The notes under the pieces were generated by a model, which was not told the DNA's origin, made no database searches, and saw nothing but the letters and a program-made list of their open reading frames with translations. Below are positions 61,500 to 64,000 of a DNA stretch of 64,000 nt, one piece after another (positions within the stretch are counted from its first letter, which is position 1; each line of letters opens with the position of its first letter). The translations under genes were made by a program, and so were the position numbers. This stretch comes from Octopus bimaculoides (lineage: Eukaryota). The DNA is taken from the NCBI RefSeq assembly GCF_001194135.2, contig NC_068983.1, positions 92,472,331-92,536,330 of the forward strand. The letters are read 5' to 3'.

Positions 61500-61999
61500 T
61501 ATATATATGTATAATATATGCATGTATATATATATGCGTGTGCGGGGGTGTATATGTGTATGTCTGAATATGTATGCATGTATGTGTATGTATGTCTTTG
61601 TATATATATGTGTGTGTATGCATGTATGTATATTAGTAAGTCTGTGTATGTTTAATATCTATATGCATGATAGATAATGGCAATGGGGTGCCTATGTGGC
61701 ACACGATTGTATGGGAAAGAGAATGAGAGTTGGGAGACAGACTGCCAAAATGGGTAGAGTTGGAGGGTGGATGAGGAAGGAACCTTGAATTAGGGGAGAC
61801 AGAGGGGTGCAGAAGAGAATGGTGTATCAAGTAACAGGTGTGATAAATATGATACAGTTGTCAGTGGGGGAAGACGAGAGAGGGAAAACATGTGTGATAG
61901 TCTACAGGAGTTGGGAGGGCAGGAGAAAAAGCATGGAAGTGAGCGGATGAGTCAATATAATCTGGATGTAAAGCATAATATTTAGCTCTTCCAGTTTTG

Positions 62000-63300
62000 C
62001 TGAGAAGAGAAAGTCTCTTTTTAGAACTGCATTTCACCAGAAATCCCAGTCCTTTGTTATCTCCATCAGGCTCAGGGTTCTGAGGTCAGCCTTTACCACT
62101 TCATTCTGTATCTTCCTGGCTCTCCCTCTTCCATGAGTTTCAGCCACATTTAGTGATTGACACTTCTTTATACATTTGTTTTCATCCATATGCATTGCAT
62201 GTCAATACCAGCGTGGTCTTCTTGAACACAACTGATTCCTCTAATGCCTAGTTTTTACTCATCAGATTTGTACTAACTCTTTCATGTACACTCACATTGC
62301 ACATCCACTTGAGCATGCTGACTTAATTTCTCAATTTCTTCTCGTGTCCTCTGTATTCAAGACCTATATCTCACTACTACGCAGCATTGCAGTTCTAGCA
62401 TAAACATCATGCAAACTGCCCTTCACTCTTAGGGAAAAGATTTTTGTTGTTAGCAGTTGTTAGCTCCCTGAACTTTTCTGCTAGTTTTCTTTCAGAGTAG
62501 CCACTTCCCCTTCTAATTACATCTAGGTAACAAAAGTTGTCAAATAGTTCTAGTGAGCTATCAGGACATCTCAGAGACTCAGTTTCCAGGTACTTGTATA
62601 AACTGTTGCAGTGTATCTAATGCATATGAAGCTTACATTTTCAGATAGCCTGTCACTGATTCCACTATATCTCTTGTGTCTATAGCTTACATCTAGTACA
62701 GCATATGAAGTTTATAACTACTCTTTCTCTGCATATTAAGCAAGATCATTTCCCTGGAGGTACCAAGGTCTTATCTTCTTTCCTACTTACTAAAGACCTT
62801 AGTCTTTGCCTGGTTAACATTAAGGCCCCACGATTCCAGGTTTAACTTCCATGTCTGGAATTTCTTCTCTAATTCCCCTGTAGAATCAGCTATGATGACT
62901 AGATCATCAGCATATAGGAGTTCCTATGGACAGCCAACCTTAAACTTTTCTGTGATGGGCTGTAAGATTATGATGAAGAGAGTACTGATTCCTATCTTCA
63001 TGCTAAATTCATCACTGAAGTGTTGTCAACTCTGATTTTACTTGTTGCATCCTTGTACATAGCTTGAACTGCCTGCTCAAGCCATTCAACCACACCTAGT
63101 TTTCTCAAATCCCACCAGATTATAGAACATGGTACCCTGTAAAACACTATCTCCAAATCAATAAAAGCCACGTATAGTGGTTTATTTATGTATTTGGTCA
63201 AGTGTATAAGAGAAAGGAAAGTACTCAATGCATGTAGATAGTGTTTATTTAACCTAAATTTCTTTTTCTCACAATTCACGTATCATTCCAGTTCTCTCCT
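62000..63300 (-). mobile_element. RTE-type LINE ORF2 fragment
   Basis: LYVAFIDLE...RVP..IIWW.LRKLGV.EWL; further decayed motifs toward 62000. Confidence 0.8.
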
Positions 63301-64000
63301 GAAGATAACAGTAGCATGAAACTTGAGCCATGAGAGAAAGAAATTTAAAGTTTGTGTGTATCATCATTGTCATCATCATCATCATTTAATGTCCATCTTC
63401 CATATTAGTATGGAGTGGACAGTTTGATAGGAGATGGTTAGTCAGAAGACTGCACCAAGCTCCATTATCTGCTGTGTGTGTGTGTGTTTCTTGCACAGAT
63501 TCACACATTCTCTAATACACATAAATGGCAGTGTTGGTATTGGAACTCATGTCTAATTTTGTACTCTTGCCAGCTTTCTTTATGTAAAATGCAACATGCA
63601 CTGCTTATTAGAAGGAGAGGGAAGTAAGAGGAAAGAACAGTTGCTATTGCTTTTGTCATAGTAACACAGTAAAATCAATATTCTTTGTATCTTAACCATG
63701 TTGTGATGTGATACATTGATGAGCATCTTCTGGTGGCTTAATGACAGTGCAGGTGCTGGTTGTGATAGTAGTATGGTAGTAGTGATATAACCATTCCAAC
63801 CATGACTAACCCATTTTTTCAGACATAGTTGATCTTGGACTACATTATCCAATTTGATCTATTTCTTAAGACAGTAAGATTTTATATGGAGGAAATTGGG
63901 TTACTATTTATAGTAAGTCAAACAATTATTTCGAAACTCTGTTGTTGATTTGTGGTATAAATAGTACAGTGGTATGGTATAGTATTATAGTATGTAATAG

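Noticed and set aside
63823-63873. Good branch, acceptor and donor around a 51-nt segment
   Set aside because: Stops in all three frames; could be a non-coding exon but nothing in the sequence supports it.

Overview
AT-rich eukaryotic DNA with five N-gaps. The SINE/LINE repertoire, (TA)n/(CA)n/(GAT)n microsatellites and TTAGGG telomere motif suggest an octopus-like cephalopod (inference from recalled repeat families; no search run). One host gene is visible on the + strand: a Scribble-like (LAP family) polarity scaffold. Four exons encode the end of PDZ3 and all of PDZ4, and four more small exons encode a low-complexity tail; all are splice phase 0. The introns are mostly decayed transposons: three LTR retrotransposons (all antisense), a solo LTR, RTE- and CR1-type LINEs, Penelope-like remnants, mariner and Tigger elements, piggyBac-, hAT- and long-TIR MITEs, a non-autonomous Helitron and tRNA-type SINEs. 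Most unusual: (1) a 242-bp MITE whose body is a TTAGGG telomere array, with 30-bp TIRs and a perfect 10-bp TSD, nested in the Helitron; (2) a solo LTR whose U5 end carries three tandem LTR-end + PBS-like modules; (3) a compact LTR retrotransposon pairing a DDE integrase with a DIRS-like RNase H and lacking a canonical PBS and PPT; (4) a PDZ4 loop that departs from the conserved Scribble GNP motif. No prokaryotic systems or CRISPR arrays were seen.
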